From Candidatus Woesearchaeota archaeon (GTDB taxonomy: Archaea > Nanobdellota > Nanobdellia > Woesearchaeales > JAZDKJ01), in assembly GCA_043803105.1 (NCBI GenBank), contig JAZDKJ010000012.1, positions 64,001 through 128,000 on the forward strand: a stretch of DNA of 64,000 nt, in the 5' to 3' direction. The notes below the pieces were generated by a model that saw only the letters and a program-made list of their open reading frames with translations, was not told where the DNA came from and did not search any database. This document shows positions 29,400 through 40,700 of this stretch, piece after piece. The position numbers and the translations under genes are program-made. Numbering within the stretch: the stretch's first letter is position 1; each line of letters begins with the position of its first letter.

Positions 29400-30725
29400 T
29401 CAGAATTCAAGTGTTTTTTTTGCTTTCTCGAACGCTGTTGGCGCTCCGCCTCCGTGCCATGATATTCTGGGTCTGACTCTCATTGGATAGATCCTTTCGT
29501 TGGAGTCATCCAGTATTACCGCAGCTCCAGCCACCCTTGGAAGTTCGTTCAAGAATTTGTCAAGCCCTTCTCTCATATAGCTTTGCATTAGCATTCCTAA
29601 TGCGTCTGTATCTATCTTTGCAGTAACTCTATGGCTCATTATCACGTCTGATTGTGTCATAACGTCCGTATGTATCTTTCCAGGTTGTTGTGACGCCAGT
29701 ATTAGTGATATTCCAGGCTGTCTTCCTTCCCTAAGAATTGTTACCAGTGCGTCAGTTGCTGCTGTTTTTCCATCTTTCGGCAGGAATTCGTGCGCCTCGT
29801 CAACCACCAGCCACACCAAGGGCTCCCTTTTTTTTTCTTCTCTTGCCTCATCTCCAAAATAGTGCATCTGGTGGTGTATCTCGTTGAACTCTTCTGTTCT
29901 TCTCGCTGTCATCCTCTGGTTGAACAGTTTTTTTGCCACTAGGCCAATAGCCAAGGCCTTTATCTGCCAGCCCCTGGCCATTGTTGCATAGCAGCTCAGG
30001 TCAAGGACTACTATCTGCCCTCCCTTTATCAGCTCTTCAAGTGGTGTTCCCTTCTCTGAGAATATTCCCCATTCCTGTGCTGACCAGAACCTGTTTTCTG
30101 CTGCGTCGCGTGTCGCCTTGTCAGCCCTCATATCTCCCTTTATTTCATCGATGATCTCTTTTATCGAGAAGTCTCCCCTTGTCTCCTTCATTTCCAGTAT
30201 AATCCTTTCTATCAATATTCCGATTGGTTCGTTCGCAGTTACATCAAATGTCATGAACCAATCTTCAGGGTCCAGCTCGCTTGGCTTTATCGAGAAAGGG
30301 AAATCTGTTGGTATATCTTTTTCCTTGAACTGCAGGTGGTATTTTGTTGGAGTGTAAATTTGCACATCTATTCCCTCTGCTTTAAGGTCCCACTCCCTTA
30401 GCAATGATTCATCCTTTGCGTTGGCATACTTCATTGTCCAATATATGCCCATGGTGTCCAGGATTATGATGCTCAGGTTTTTCTTTATCTCTTGTGGTAG
30501 CATTGCTATTCCCTCTGCCACAATCCCCATGCTGTACGACTTTCCGCCCCCTCGTTTGCCGCATACGAATATCACATGCGACTTTACTACATCAAGATAT
30601 ATCGGGTTTGATAATGATGTTGTCTGCCCCATTGTTACATAGTGTTTTCCTAGAAGTATTGTTCCTTCTGTGCCAAGCTTCTTTCTGTCCGCCTCATCCC
30701 TTCCGACTATTATGTCATATACCAC
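29400..30725 (-). CDS. HerA/FtsK-like P-loop ATPase (DUF87)
   Basis: GKRGGGKS, LDTMG, LVVDEAH, LREGRQPG, ASQQP. Confidence 0.9.
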   Translation of the reverse strand: MVYDIIVGRDEADRKKLGTEGTILLGKHYVTMGQTTSLSNPIYLDVVKSHVIFVCGKRGGGKSYSMGIVAEGIAMLPQEIKKNLSIIILDTMGIYWTMKYANAKDESLLREWDLKAEGIDVQIYTPTKYHLQFKEKDIPTDFPFSIKPSELDPEDWFMTFDVTANEPIGILIERIILEMKETRGDFSIKEIIDEIKGDMRADKATRDAAENRFWSAQEWGIFSEKGTPLEELIKGGQIVVLDLSCYATMARGWQIKALAIGLVAKKLFNQRMTARRTEEFNEIHHQMHYFGDEAREEKKREPLVWLVVDEAHEFLPKDGKTAATDALVTILREGRQPGISLILASQQPGKIHTDVMTQSDVIMSHRVTAKIDTDALGMLMQSYMREGLDKFLNELPRVAGAAVILDDSNERIYPMRVRPRISWHGGGAPTAFEKAKKTLEF

Positions 30726-30820
30726 AATCCTGCCTGCTCTAGGTTACTATTTATATTTTTCCCTTGTTCCAAAACATTTAAATAACAATCACTTTTGATG
30801 CTTGGTGGGGTGATATTTAA

Positions 30821-31762
30821 ATGAAAAAACAGCAGCATAAAAGAGTAGTTTATCATACTCACAAGCAAAAAAAACTTAGCCCATTGGTTATTGGCGTCTC
30901 TGTTCTTGTTATTGCACTTATTCTCTTCTTGGCGATAAAATATATCCCTCGTGTTTCAGATAGTAGTGTTCTTGCCACTGTTAATGGCGACAAGGTCTAT
31001 GCAAAAGAGATTGATGACCTTTACGATAGGCTTCCTGCTCAATATCAGCAGACTATGACAAAGCAGGACCTCCTGAATCAGACTATTGCCCGCAACCTCT
31101 TGCTACAACAGGCAAAGGCACAAAACATTGTTGTTGATGATAAAGAGGTCTATAAAGTGATTGATACCTTGCTCTTGCAGAATAAGATGACCCGTGAACA
31201 GCTGCAAGCCCAGCTTGATATGCAGAATCTCACCTTGAATGACATGGTCGAGGAGTATAGGAAGCAGCTGCAGGTTAACATCTTGCTTAACCGCACTGTC
31301 TATAACAATATCCAATTGTCTGAAGATGAGATTTCCACATTCTATTCCAACAACAAGCAGCTCTTTGACCAGGCCCAGGCAAGCCATATTCTTGTCAACT
31401 CTAGCGCCCTGGCTAATTCCCTGCTTGACCAGATAAAGAACGGTGCAGATTTTGCCCTCCTTGCCAAGACTTATTCACTTGACACCTATTCTGCACAAAA
31501 TGGCGGTGACCTGGGTTTTTTCGTGAGAACCCAGATGGTTCCAGAGTTTGCTGACCCTGTCTTCAATGCAAAGGTTGGTGATCTTTTTGTCGTTCAGACG
31601 CAATTTGGCTATCATGTCGTGAAAGTAACCACAAGACGCATCGCTACACTTGCTGAGGCCTCTGCCCAAATCAAGCAAGCCTTGTTGTCCCAAAGGCAGT
31701 CTGCAGCCTTGCAAGACTATATTAGCACGCTTTGGTCAAAAGCTTCAATAAAAAAATATTAA
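30821..31762 (+). CDS. Membrane-anchored SurA/PrsA-like parvulin peptidyl-prolyl isomerase
   Basis: N-terminal TM, ATVNG, ASHILV, GGDLGFF, MVPEF, TQFGYHVV. Confidence 0.92.
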   Translation: MKKQQHKRVVYHTHKQKKLSPLVIGVSVLVIALILFLAIKYIPRVSDSSVLATVNGDKVYAKEIDDLYDRLPAQYQQTMTKQDLLNQTIARNLLLQQAKAQNIVVDDKEVYKVIDTLLLQNKMTREQLQAQLDMQNLTLNDMVEEYRKQLQVNILLNRTVYNNIQLSEDEISTFYSNNKQLFDQAQASHILVNSSALANSLLDQIKNGADFALLAKTYSLDTYSAQNGGDLGFFVRTQMVPEFADPVFNAKVGDLFVVQTQFGYHVVKVTTRRIATLAEASAQIKQALLSQRQSAALQDYISTLWSKASIKKY

Positions 31763-31768
31763 AAAAAA

Positions 31769-33031
31769 TTAGAAGTCGTTTGCGGTCAGTATCCCTATCC
31801 GCGTCTCTTGTTGCTTCACCTTTGTATCCATTGCTACAATGAATGATATGTTGTTCTTGTCAGCTATCGACACAAGTTCTCTTTCTATTACGCCGTCAAA
31901 GACTATAGCATACACTCCAGAGTTTAGGCTTTTGAGTGTGCTTACAAGCTCTGTTAGTGGCACCTTGCCAAGTATGCTTAGCTTGTTGTCAAGTACATAG
32001 GCTCCTCTTGTTCCCACAAGGTCATCTAGCATTTCCTTGAACTTCTTTTTCTCTTCAGGGTTTGCCTGGGTTGATCTTCTTGGGACAAACTGTGGTCTCT
32101 GCTGCATCGGTGGCCTTGGTCTGCGGTCGTCGTATTCTCTTGGTTGTTCTCTTTGTGGTTGGGCTCCCTGCTGCTCTCTTGGGCCCTGATCTCTTGGCCC
32201 GCCTATTTCAAGCTTTGCCTGCTCTGCACTCACTCTTCCTCTTAGAGCTTTGTGTATCTCTTTCTTTGTTATTTCTTCCACTTCTTTTCCGTCTGGCGCT
32301 TTTGTGACATAGTCTATGTCTGCCACGCTTGTGAGCTCCTTTATTATCAGGTTTCCGCCTCGATCACCGTCAACAAATGCTGTTATTACCTTTTTCTTGG
32401 AAAGTTCAATGATTGTCTCAGGTACCGAGGTTCCGTTTAATGCTATTGCGTTCTTGATTCCGTGCTTGAGAAGGTTGAGCACATCTGCCCTTCCTTCAAC
32501 CACTATAATTTCGTCTGATTCGTCTATTGCTGGTCCTGCCGGTAGCCTGTCTCTTCCATATTCTTGGATTTCCATTACCCTTACAGAATATGCAACTTCA
32601 TCAGCCAATTCCTGGCTGTCAGGCATAACATTCTCCATCATTTTTTTGAGAAGCTCTTTTGCTCTCTCTATGACGAATGCCCTTTTGGACACCCTTACAT
32701 CCTCGATGTCTTCTACCTTGATCTTTGCGTTGCATGGCCCTATTCTTTGGATTATCTCGAGCGCTGCACCGACAATTGATGTTTCTGCCTTGTCAAGTGA
32801 AGAAGGAATTATTATCTTTCCGTTTGTTTTTCCTGACCTTATGTCAACATTTACTTCAATTCTTCCAATTCGTCCACTTCTCTGGAGCTCTCTTAATTCA
32901 AGGTCTGCTCCAAGAAGTCCTTCTGTCTGTCCGAATATTGCGCCTATGACATCAGGCCTGTCTACCACACCGTCTATTTCTATTGTTGCATGAACTATAT
33001 ATTTTGATGACACTGGGCTTATCTTACCCAT
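31769..33031 (-). CDS. dnaG: Archaeal DnaG (TOPRIM, exosome-associated)
   Basis: [29 protein letters not shown]. Confidence 0.96.
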   Translation of the reverse strand: MGKISPVSSKYIVHATIEIDGVVDRPDVIGAIFGQTEGLLGADLELRELQRSGRIGRIEVNVDIRSGKTNGKIIIPSSLDKAETSIVGAALEIIQRIGPCNAKIKVEDIEDVRVSKRAFVIERAKELLKKMMENVMPDSQELADEVAYSVRVMEIQEYGRDRLPAGPAIDESDEIIVVEGRADVLNLLKHGIKNAIALNGTSVPETIIELSKKKVITAFVDGDRGGNLIIKELTSVADIDYVTKAPDGKEVEEITKKEIHKALRGRVSAEQAKLEIGGPRDQGPREQQGAQPQREQPREYDDRRPRPPMQQRPQFVPRRSTQANPEEKKKFKEMLDDLVGTRGAYVLDNKLSILGKVPLTELVSTLKSLNSGVYAIVFDGVIERELVSIADKNNISFIVAMDTKVKQQETRIGILTANDF

Positions 33032-33196
33032 TTCAAATCCCCTCCTTGTGCTTGAGGACAGTGCCTTGAGTGATAGCACTTACAATAGAACAATTCCCAT
33101 CCAACAGTTAATATGGTTGGTGATGATCAAATGAATCATGAAACTGCCCTATCTGTCCTTATTTTGGTTTTTTTCAACCGTAAACATTAATTTGTT

Positions 33197-33320
33197 GCCC
33201 GAAACACTAACCCCCAAGCTCATTGCTTGACTCGCTCAAGAGTGTTCCTGAGCCCAAAAAAACGTAGCGAAGGTTTTTTCGGATTTGTCGTTAGCTCCGT
33301 TGGGTACTCTCGTGCCGGGC
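33197..33320 (-). ncRNA. Candidate structured RNA in the long region upstream of dnaG
   Basis: Nested inverted repeats GCCCG/CGGGC, GCTCA/TGAGC, CTTGA/TCAAG, CCCAA/TTGGG in an ORF-free gap of about 500 bp. Confidence 0.4.
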
Positions 33321-33534
33321 AGCGATTATGCAAAATATGGCTGATTTAAGCCCAATTTAACTGTATCAGGCAAAAATAAGCCTTATTTGGATAAATTCAC
33401 CCTAGATTATAAGCTAGTATGAGATTATTTAAATCTATCTTTTCAAAAGCCTTTTTTAATCATTGTTTAGGGACAATAATACCTGTTCAGTTCCCTGCAA
33501 AACCTTTTTAAGTGAGCCTTCCTAGTCAGGAACC

Positions 33535-34236
33535 ATGAAGACTGCTAGGGAGAAGTTTAAGACTTTGCACGGTGTTTTTGATGAATTTACAAATAGGAAC
33601 ATAATGAAGCTGATTTCTGAAGACCATATCAAGGGTTTGCTTGGTCCAGTCTCTGTCGGCAAGGAATCCAATGTTTTTGCTGCGCTCTCTCCTTACAACC
33701 AGAAGCTGATCTTAAAGATCTACAGGCTTGAGACAAGCGACTTTAACAGGATGTATGATTATCTGAAGTATGATCCTCGTTATCTTTCCATAAAGCGTAA
33801 CCGTAGGCAGATTGTCTTTTCCTGGGCTCAGCGTGAGTACAGAAATCTCCTTATTGCGCGTGACTCCTCTGTTCGCGTGCCTACTCCCCTTGCGTTAAAA
33901 TACAATATTCTTGTTATGGAATTTATTGGAGACTCTGTTGTTGCTCCAATGCTTAAGGACAAATCGCCTAAGGACCCTGCCAAGTTCCTTTCAGAAGTTG
34001 TCGTGTTTGTCAGGAATCTCTACAAGGCAGGCTTTGTTCATTCTGATCTGTCTTCCTTCAACATCCTGAACTGGAATGATCATCCTGTCCTTATCGATTT
34101 TTCAACATGCACTCCACTGAAGAACCCCAGAGCAATCGAATTTCTCAAGCGTGATGTCTTGAACCTTGTTACTTTTTTCCAAAAGCTTGGTTTGAAGCCT
34201 TCTTTTGATTTGATTCTAAAAAAGATTACTGGATGA
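33535..34236 (+). CDS. rio1: RIO1 family atypical kinase
   Basis: SVGKESNVF, WAQREYRNL, VHSDLSSFNIL, IDFS. Confidence 0.93.
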   Translation: MKTAREKFKTLHGVFDEFTNRNIMKLISEDHIKGLLGPVSVGKESNVFAALSPYNQKLILKIYRLETSDFNRMYDYLKYDPRYLSIKRNRRQIVFSWAQREYRNLLIARDSSVRVPTPLALKYNILVMEFIGDSVVAPMLKDKSPKDPAKFLSEVVVFVRNLYKAGFVHSDLSSFNILNWNDHPVLIDFSTCTPLKNPRAIEFLKRDVLNLVTFFQKLGLKPSFDLILKKITG

Positions 34237-34458
34237 TTTGCTGATTCTGTACAAACCCATTTTTACAGAAAAATTTATATACCCGCATCCCAAAAGCTTA
34301 TTCTGAATATCCGAACTAATAGCAACAAATAAGATAATAAATACAATAAACAGACGATAAATAAAATAATAAGAACTAAAATAGAAAAAACAGAAATAAC
34401 ATCAATTAAATAGAAAAAAAATACAGAAAACAAACAAATATTCAGTAAATCAGAAAAT

Positions 34459-34749
34459 ATGAAGAAGTATCCCAAGCTGTTGCAGTGTGATAAGAGAGGA
34501 CAAATAGTTATTCCTAAGGATATCCGCTCTGAACTGAAGATCACCGAAGGCACTGGTTTCTGGGTATATTCGATTGATCAAGAGGGTTTGTTCTTCAAGA
34601 AGGTTGACACTCCAACTCTGGAAGACCACAAGGATCTGCTCAAAGAATTAGAGGAAAAGGCTGACAAGATAAAGCTTGACAAGAAGAATATCCAGAAAGC
34701 AGTCCAGAAATACAAGAAAACCAAGGAGGGCAATCTCGACGTCATATGA
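34459..34749 (+). CDS. AbrB/MazE/SpoVT family DNA-binding protein
   Basis: DKRGQIVIPKDIRSELKI.EG. Confidence 0.88.
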   Translation: MKKYPKLLQCDKRGQIVIPKDIRSELKITEGTGFWVYSIDQEGLFFKKVDTPTLEDHKDLLKELEEKADKIKLDKKNIQKAVQKYKKTKEGNLDVI

Positions 34750-37700
34750 GCTTCAATCTTAAAGCTGTGCTCGCCCTGCTCACGTTGCTCTGCTCTCTCT
34801 TTATTGTTTATGCAATTGCCACAAGCCCCAACGGTAATGTTGCCCCTACTTTGGTTAACGTCAGCGGTAATCTCACTTTCAATATTGGCTGGACTGGCTC
34901 AAATGGTGATGCATCGCAGAGAGTTTACATCTGCAGGAATCCTGGCTGTGCTGGCTGCGGTCCAGGCATTTGCTCAAGCCAATACTGCTATGCCTGGAAC
35001 GAGACACTTGCAGCGTCGCCGCGCTCCTTGCAATATCAGGCTCTTCAATCAGATGCCTCTGCCTCTACCACTTGGTACTTTTTCCTCGTAAACACAACAG
35101 GCTCTCAAACATCTTGCACCACCGGTACAGGTTCATTCCAGGTTAATCACAAACCTGTCTTTTCAATAAACTCAATTCTTCCTGCTTCACCACTTACAAC
35201 TAATGATATTACATGCACCGCTACTGTCTCTGACTCTGATTCTGACACCCTCACCAATGTATGTTCTTGGAATGGTTGCACCGGCCCTTGCCCCGCGTGC
35301 TCAATCAGCTGTAACAGCGGCACCTGTACTGCCACTTTGTCGCATACCTCAACACATGCTGGCAACCAGATTTACTGCAATTTCACTTCAAAAGATGCCC
35401 ATGGTCTCGCAAGTGATATTGCAAGCTCCTCGACTGTAACTGTTGCATACAGTGGTGCGCTAACCATTGTTCCTGATAGTGCCTTGCCCAGCGGCAACCT
35501 TGAAATGGGTTCATCCCAAATCTTTAACGCGACCAACGGTGCGGCCCCATACAGTTGGCATATCCATAATGGCTCTGCCTATTGCTCGATTCCTTCAGGC
35601 GTGACCGCCTCCTATATTACGCTTACAGGTAATGCTGTCGGTAACTGCACCCTGAATGTCACAGATGCTGATTCCAGGTCTGACCTTTCTGGTAGGATTC
35701 ATGTTGTTGATACAGTTGCTCCTGCCGCAGTAACAAACCTTCAGGCCTCTGATGTTCTCGGTGATCAGGGCGGTGTGGTCATGGTCTCATGGGTTGTCTC
35801 GACAAACGATAACGAGGTCAACAGGTATTGGATCATGCGCTCAACCCTGCCTGCAAGCGGCTTCGCAAACATCGTGAATGTTTCTCACGGTGTTTCCTCT
35901 TATCAGGATAGTGCAGTAAATGATTTGACTAGATATTATTACCATGTCTGGGCGTGTGACTCTTTGGGCAATTGCGGTAAGACAACCTCGGCTGTGTCAG
36001 CAATTCCAAACGCCCAGCCAAAGATGAAAAGTGTCAACATCACTCCTTCAGTCCTTACCGCATCTACAGATGTGGAGTGTTTGGCTCTGGCATATGATAC
36101 TGATAACGAGTCCTTGTCCATGACCTATCGCTTTGATATAATGGCCTTTCCGCCAGGAGGCTACACTCATAATGTGACTGGCAATGCTGATTGCATTTAT
36201 TTCGGCAGGAACAGTACAGATCAGTACGGTGTGAAACACGCTAACGCCACTACAGAATGCAGGGCCTTGCTCAACCATACGCATATCACTAAGGCCGATA
36301 AGGTAGTGTGTACAATGGTTGCCTCAGACGGTAAGGAAAGCAGTGCCTCGATGAGGATTTCAAAGTCTTATGTTCTGGTGAACAACACTGCGCCTTATGC
36401 CACCAATGTGCGTATTGTTCCTCAAAGCCCGAATGGATCTTCAGTTCTCTCCTGCAATTACACATTTAATGATGTTGACGGGGACTCCGAGGATCTCTCT
36501 GCAGTTAGGTTCAAGTGGTATATCAACAACGAAGGATTAAACCAGTTTGTTGAGGTGCAGAACCAGATATCCAAGACCTTGTCAGGTTTCTTTGACAAGG
36601 ATGACTTGGTGAAGTGTGCTGTTCTGGTCAAAGACCTTGACCTTAGCTGGCTGCATGATGCTGATTATGCTGCCGGTTACTCTAACTCTTCTGTTGTCAA
36701 TATCGTTGACAATGCATTGCCTCAAATCATTGCCTATTCTGTGAACTCTAACAGCACAAAGCCAATTGCTGTGGGACAAAACGTGGTGTTTAATGTTTCC
36801 TGGGTTGATTACGAAGACCCGGCAGATACTGCGCGTCTGCTGGTGTGTGATGCGCGCTCAGGCTCTGAATCCCAGTTCAGCGGTGCCAACACATCTATCA
36901 GCTTTGGTGACACCAATGCAAATTCTCCAAAGTATGTCTGGTTTTACACAAACCAGACCGGCCAATATGTTCAGACCATTGCTGTGAAGCCTTTCAAGTA
37001 TGTGCAGAATAATGAGTGGACTTATGCCCCGGACACCTTGGTGCAGCAGGGAGACAAGTTTATTAGTACCATATTGAGGAATTTCACCTTAGAGGCTTTC
37101 TATGATTCTGACGGCTCAGGCACTTATGATTATGGTGAGCCACTGATCCGGGAAAACAGGACCGGAGCTCAGAGGCTTGTTTTTAACGCAAATCTCGACA
37201 CTATAATCTCTGGTACAACCCCAACTGACGGCTCTGTCTTGATTAACCTTTCTGCCATCGGTTACAGGTATCATGACAGGGATAGCACAAACAACTTTAC
37301 AGCAGTAGATGATATCTATTGGGATCGTGACAACAGCCGCACTATTTCATTGAATGATTACAGGAAGACTATCGTAACCCAAAGCTCTGAGCGAAGGCTC
37401 TCCACCCAGTTCCTTTATGATATTTATGTATATGAGGTTGCCGCTGTGGGAGACACAGAAGTAAATCAAACCTCTGTCCTTATTGCAGAAGACCACAACG
37501 ATCCCTTTACCCTTGGTGTTTACAATTACTTTGTTCCTCAGTACAATGCCCAGCCACTTGCGGGAAAGCATCTTGCCTTCAAGTTCTGTATTGACTCAAA
37601 TGATGATGCTGTCTGTGACAGCGATTCTGATTTCATGAATGACTCTGTTTACGTGCATGCATCCAACAACACTGTCGGCGAGTACAAGGTAACAACATCG

Positions 37701-40700
37701 CAGGGAATTGTCTTTTACAACCCAGATATCAAGCTGAATTACCATGCCTCTTCTGCCTATGGTTGTTCTAATGTTCAGTACTGCAATACTTCCTTGTCTT
37801 CAAATCATGTCCTGAGCTGCAGTTATCAGGCTAAGGATTCTGATCCCTCTAACAACACCTTTGTCTTAAAGGTCTGCGACCAGAAGAATGGCTGCTCTGT
37901 TGAGAGGTCAGGCATTTTCTACGTCAATCACCTTAGTTCTGTTGCCAATGTTAACATAAGTTCATCAAGGGTCAACTACACAGATAGTGCAAACCTCAAC
38001 TGCACTGCTTACGGCCAATATGACCCTGACGGAAACACTGTAGCTCTTTCATACAGGTGGTATCTGTCACGCGGTTCTGGCTACACGCTTTATGACATTC
38101 CGAGCAACAGGATATTGTCTAACGGTAACACCCTAGTAGGGGACCTTTGGAAATGCGAGGTTATTCCAGGTGATGGCTTTGCCCCTGGCTATACCCGCAA
38201 CTCCAGCCCTGTTCTTATCTCAAATGTGAGCTACTCTGAGTCTAGATTGTACATAACGAGTGTTACAGATGATTCCAACAAAACCTCTCCAACTAATGTC
38301 GGCTCAAAGGTCAGTTTCCGTGTTGGTTGGTCCGGATTGCCGAGCCAGGTTAGGGCTTTTGTCTGCAACTCCTCGCAGATAATGGATAATGGTTGCCTTG
38401 ATTTCACTTTCAATAGTACTTCCCTCACTTCGCAAAATCCGCTTCTGTTGACTTACACCGCTCGCCAGGCTGATACTGAAGAAAATTACTGGGTGAAGGT
38501 TTGTGACAATTTTGGAAACTGCTCCAACAATTATCCTGGTGGTTCCACAAAACTGAACTTTTCTGTAAATCACCTTCCCACGATTGCAATAGTCAATATC
38601 AGTGCAAGCCCTGCCAACTATACTGACAATTCTAACCTTAACTGCACTGCTTTCCAGGTTTCAGACGCTGACGCCAACAATGTTCTCCTTACCTACAAAT
38701 GGTTTGTCAAGCGAGGCTCAACCTTTGAGCAGTTCCTTGCTCCAAGCAGCCAGGTGCTGTCAAACTCCAACACTTTTATTGGGGACGTTTGGAAGTGCGA
38801 GGTTCTTCCTTTTGATGGTTATGTCTTTGGTCGTGCAGTAAACTCCTCGCTGGTCACAATACGGAATCTGTCTGCAGAGTCAGCGCTTGCCATCCTTAGC
38901 GTGACTGATGCCTCAAATAGTAGTTTGCCCACAAATGTTGGTGATAAAGTGGCCTTTGAGGTTGCCTGGTCAGGTAGAGCTTCAATAGTCAGGATGTTTG
39001 TCTGCAATTCTTCTGTGATTTATTCTACAGGGTGTGCTGGCTTTACCTTCAACAGTACTGCATTCACCTCAGCTAACCCGATTACCACTACTTACACAGT
39101 CCGCAGCACTGATTTTCAGGAGAATTATTGGGTAAGGCTTTGTGATGTGTACGGCAATTGTTCGCAGGTTTTCCCAAGTGCAGGAAAGACAAACTTCACT
39201 GTAAATCATGGGCCTAACGCCTCTGGCATAAAGGTGTTGACTTTAAGCTCATGGTACGGTTCTGTTATTGTCTGTAATTATACATACAGGGATATTGACC
39301 TTGATGCTGAGTCTGGCTCAGAATACAGATGGTACTTTGATTATGGTAGCGGATTTGAGGAAAATATTGGCGAGACTGAAAAGAACATTACTGACTTCTT
39401 CAGCTTTAGTACCCCTGTCAAGTGTGCTGTGCGAGTTAAGGATTCTCATGGCCTGTCTGATTCAATTTTCAGGAACTCTTCAGCCGTAACCCTGGCATCA
39501 AGCCCTGGTGTGCCCACACTATGGCCTTTCCCTTCAGTGGTTAAGAGCAACAATCTCATAATCATCGGTCATATAGACCAAGTTCCAGCCAACCTTACTG
39601 CATTTGCCAATCAGGGTGTCCTCACCCCAACTCAACAATCCAGTTATGTCACTTCCAATTCCACCCTGTATGGTCAGGCCTACACCGTCTCTGATGTTGC
39701 GAGCGGAAGAAATTATGTTCTTGTTAGCGCTGGTGACAGTAATTTGTTTTCTGCCGGAAGGTTCATACAATTCAATAACCATGATAGGCCTTATTTCCTT
39801 CGTTACGCAATCCTTGGCAAGGCAGACCTGCTTGACCGCACCTTCAGGATCGACTTGGCAGAGAATCTTTCCTCAGATGTCCCAGCCTACACATTCATGT
39901 CAGTGTACAATTCATCTAAGCCCACTGGCTGGTTCAATATTTCGCTCAACTTGTTTAATGGTACCAATACAGTGCGGGTCAAGGCCAGGACCTCTGTGAG
40001 CGACTGGTTCTCCACAGAGAATAGTGTATTTGTTGACTTGTTCCCTCCAGAGCTTATCTTGGGCTCCCTGCCAAGTGTTAGCACGCTAGCAAGAATTACC
40101 CTGTCATTCAACCTCTCAGAAAATTACTACGCTCAACAAGCCTCTAAATTCCTGCTTCTCAAGATTACCAACAAGACAGGGGTCACTAGTTTCCATCCGC
40201 TGAATTTTTCAACCAACGGGTCAGTGTATGCTAATGCAATTCCAAATATAAGTTGCAGTATGGTTAACTTTTCTTACTCTGCATGTTCCGTGATACTCTC
40301 CCTAAAGAACGGCACTTACAATCTCTCCTTCACTCTCAATGATACTGCCGGCCATAGAATCAACGCATCCCGCATATTGGTAGTGAACACCTCTGCGATA
40401 ATCACCACAACTGTCCTTAACGGGTATATTGATGTTCATCACAACTATCTGCCCAGTGACTTTGCCACAACAAACAACCTTACCACAAATTGGACTGTCC
40501 TGACCGGTGTAAGCGCTTACGAATATCGGTTGGATAGATATAATGATTCCTTGTTTGACCGGACCATCATTCCTTGGAAGTCAAATGGTTTGGCAAGGGC
40601 GGTAAACATCACCAACAATGTGAATATTACCAATGGTTATGTCTACAAGTTTGTTGTTAGAGGTAAGCTCTCCTCTGGTGGTTATACTCAGGAGTCTTCA

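Noticed and set aside
29400-30725. HerA as part of a defence system
   Set aside because: No adjacent nuclease, Sir2 or NurA partner; it looks like a housekeeping DUF87 ATPase
34275-34553. Hydrophobic 92-aa minus-strand ORF
   Set aside because: Probably an artefact of the T-rich complement of the A-rich tract, and it overlaps the AbrB gene
37900-39300. Diversity-generating retroelement TR/VR pair in the giant gene repeats
   Set aside because: Repeats diverge at all bases rather than only at adenines, and no reverse transcriptase is present
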